In this document: piece after piece, positions 63,938 to 64,000 of the stretch
Layout of the letters: each line of letters starts with the position of its first letter
How positions within the stretch are numbered: the first letter of the stretch is position 1
Assembly (NCBI GenBank): GCA_039934295.1
Contig: JBDTMN010000002.1
Span: 26,725 to 90,724, forward strand
DNA from: Candidatus Tayloriibacteriota bacterium
GTDB lineage: Bacteria; Patescibacteriota; Minisyncoccia; Phycocordibacterales; HO2-43-120
Direction: 5' to 3'
DNA: 64,000 nucleotides
Notes under the pieces: model-generated
What the model was told of the DNA's origin: nothing
Database searches by the model: none
What the model saw: only the letters and a program-made list of their open reading frames with translations
Program-made: the position numbers and the translations under genes

Positions 63938-64000
63938 TTGATTTCACCAGTTGATCGTTCCTTCATCTCCAATTGAAATTGACTTTGTTTGACCGTCCTC

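Overview
This is a low-GC (about 40%) bacterial chromosomal segment, mostly minus-strand coded and tightly packed with small genes. The gene content is consistent with a reduced-genome bacterium of the CPR/Patescibacteria type, but that is inference only. The supporting signs are a split transketolase (tktA/tktB), a pentose-phosphate/glycolysis island (fba, PfkB kinase, tktAB, rpe, rpiB, gap), a minimal 300-aa sigma-70, an intein inside dnaX, many small hypothetical membrane proteins, a type IV pilin-like operon and giant secreted surface proteins. Housekeeping genes I recognise include serS, dprA, rnc, a nusB-NUDIX fusion, rpmF, rnhB, gatB, obg, rplU, rmuC, dus, a DD-carboxypeptidase, ftsQ, glnB (P-II) and mpg. 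There are two tRNAs, Gln-UUG on the minus strand and Glu-CUC on the plus strand. The hunt highlights are as follows. (1) A three-gene flavin module (FMN-binding protein, ApbE flavin transferase, and a polytopic membrane domain fused to an FNR-like FAD/NAD(P) domain) that resembles a minimal NQR/RNF-like transmembrane electron-transfer unit, with an ECF sigma/anti-sigma pair immediately upstream. (2) A GC-rich, hairpin-rich repeat of about 190-280 nt present in three intergenic copies with compensatory structure, so a candidate structured ncRNA family. (3) tRNA-Glu followed by four direct and two inverted copies of its own 3' end (integration-scar-like array), directly abutting two giant surface-protein genes. 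One of those genes carries an apparently perfect 590-bp tandem duplication. (4) Heptanucleotide GTAAC-core tandem arrays at several promoter or 5' regions. (5) A DUF559 endonuclease unit with hairpins and short terminal inverted repeats. (6) An ArsR gene bracketed by 31-bp inverted repeats. (7) A Fic islet. (8) A pilin fused to an LVIVD beta-propeller. All calls are from reading the sequence and the ORF translations. No searches were run.
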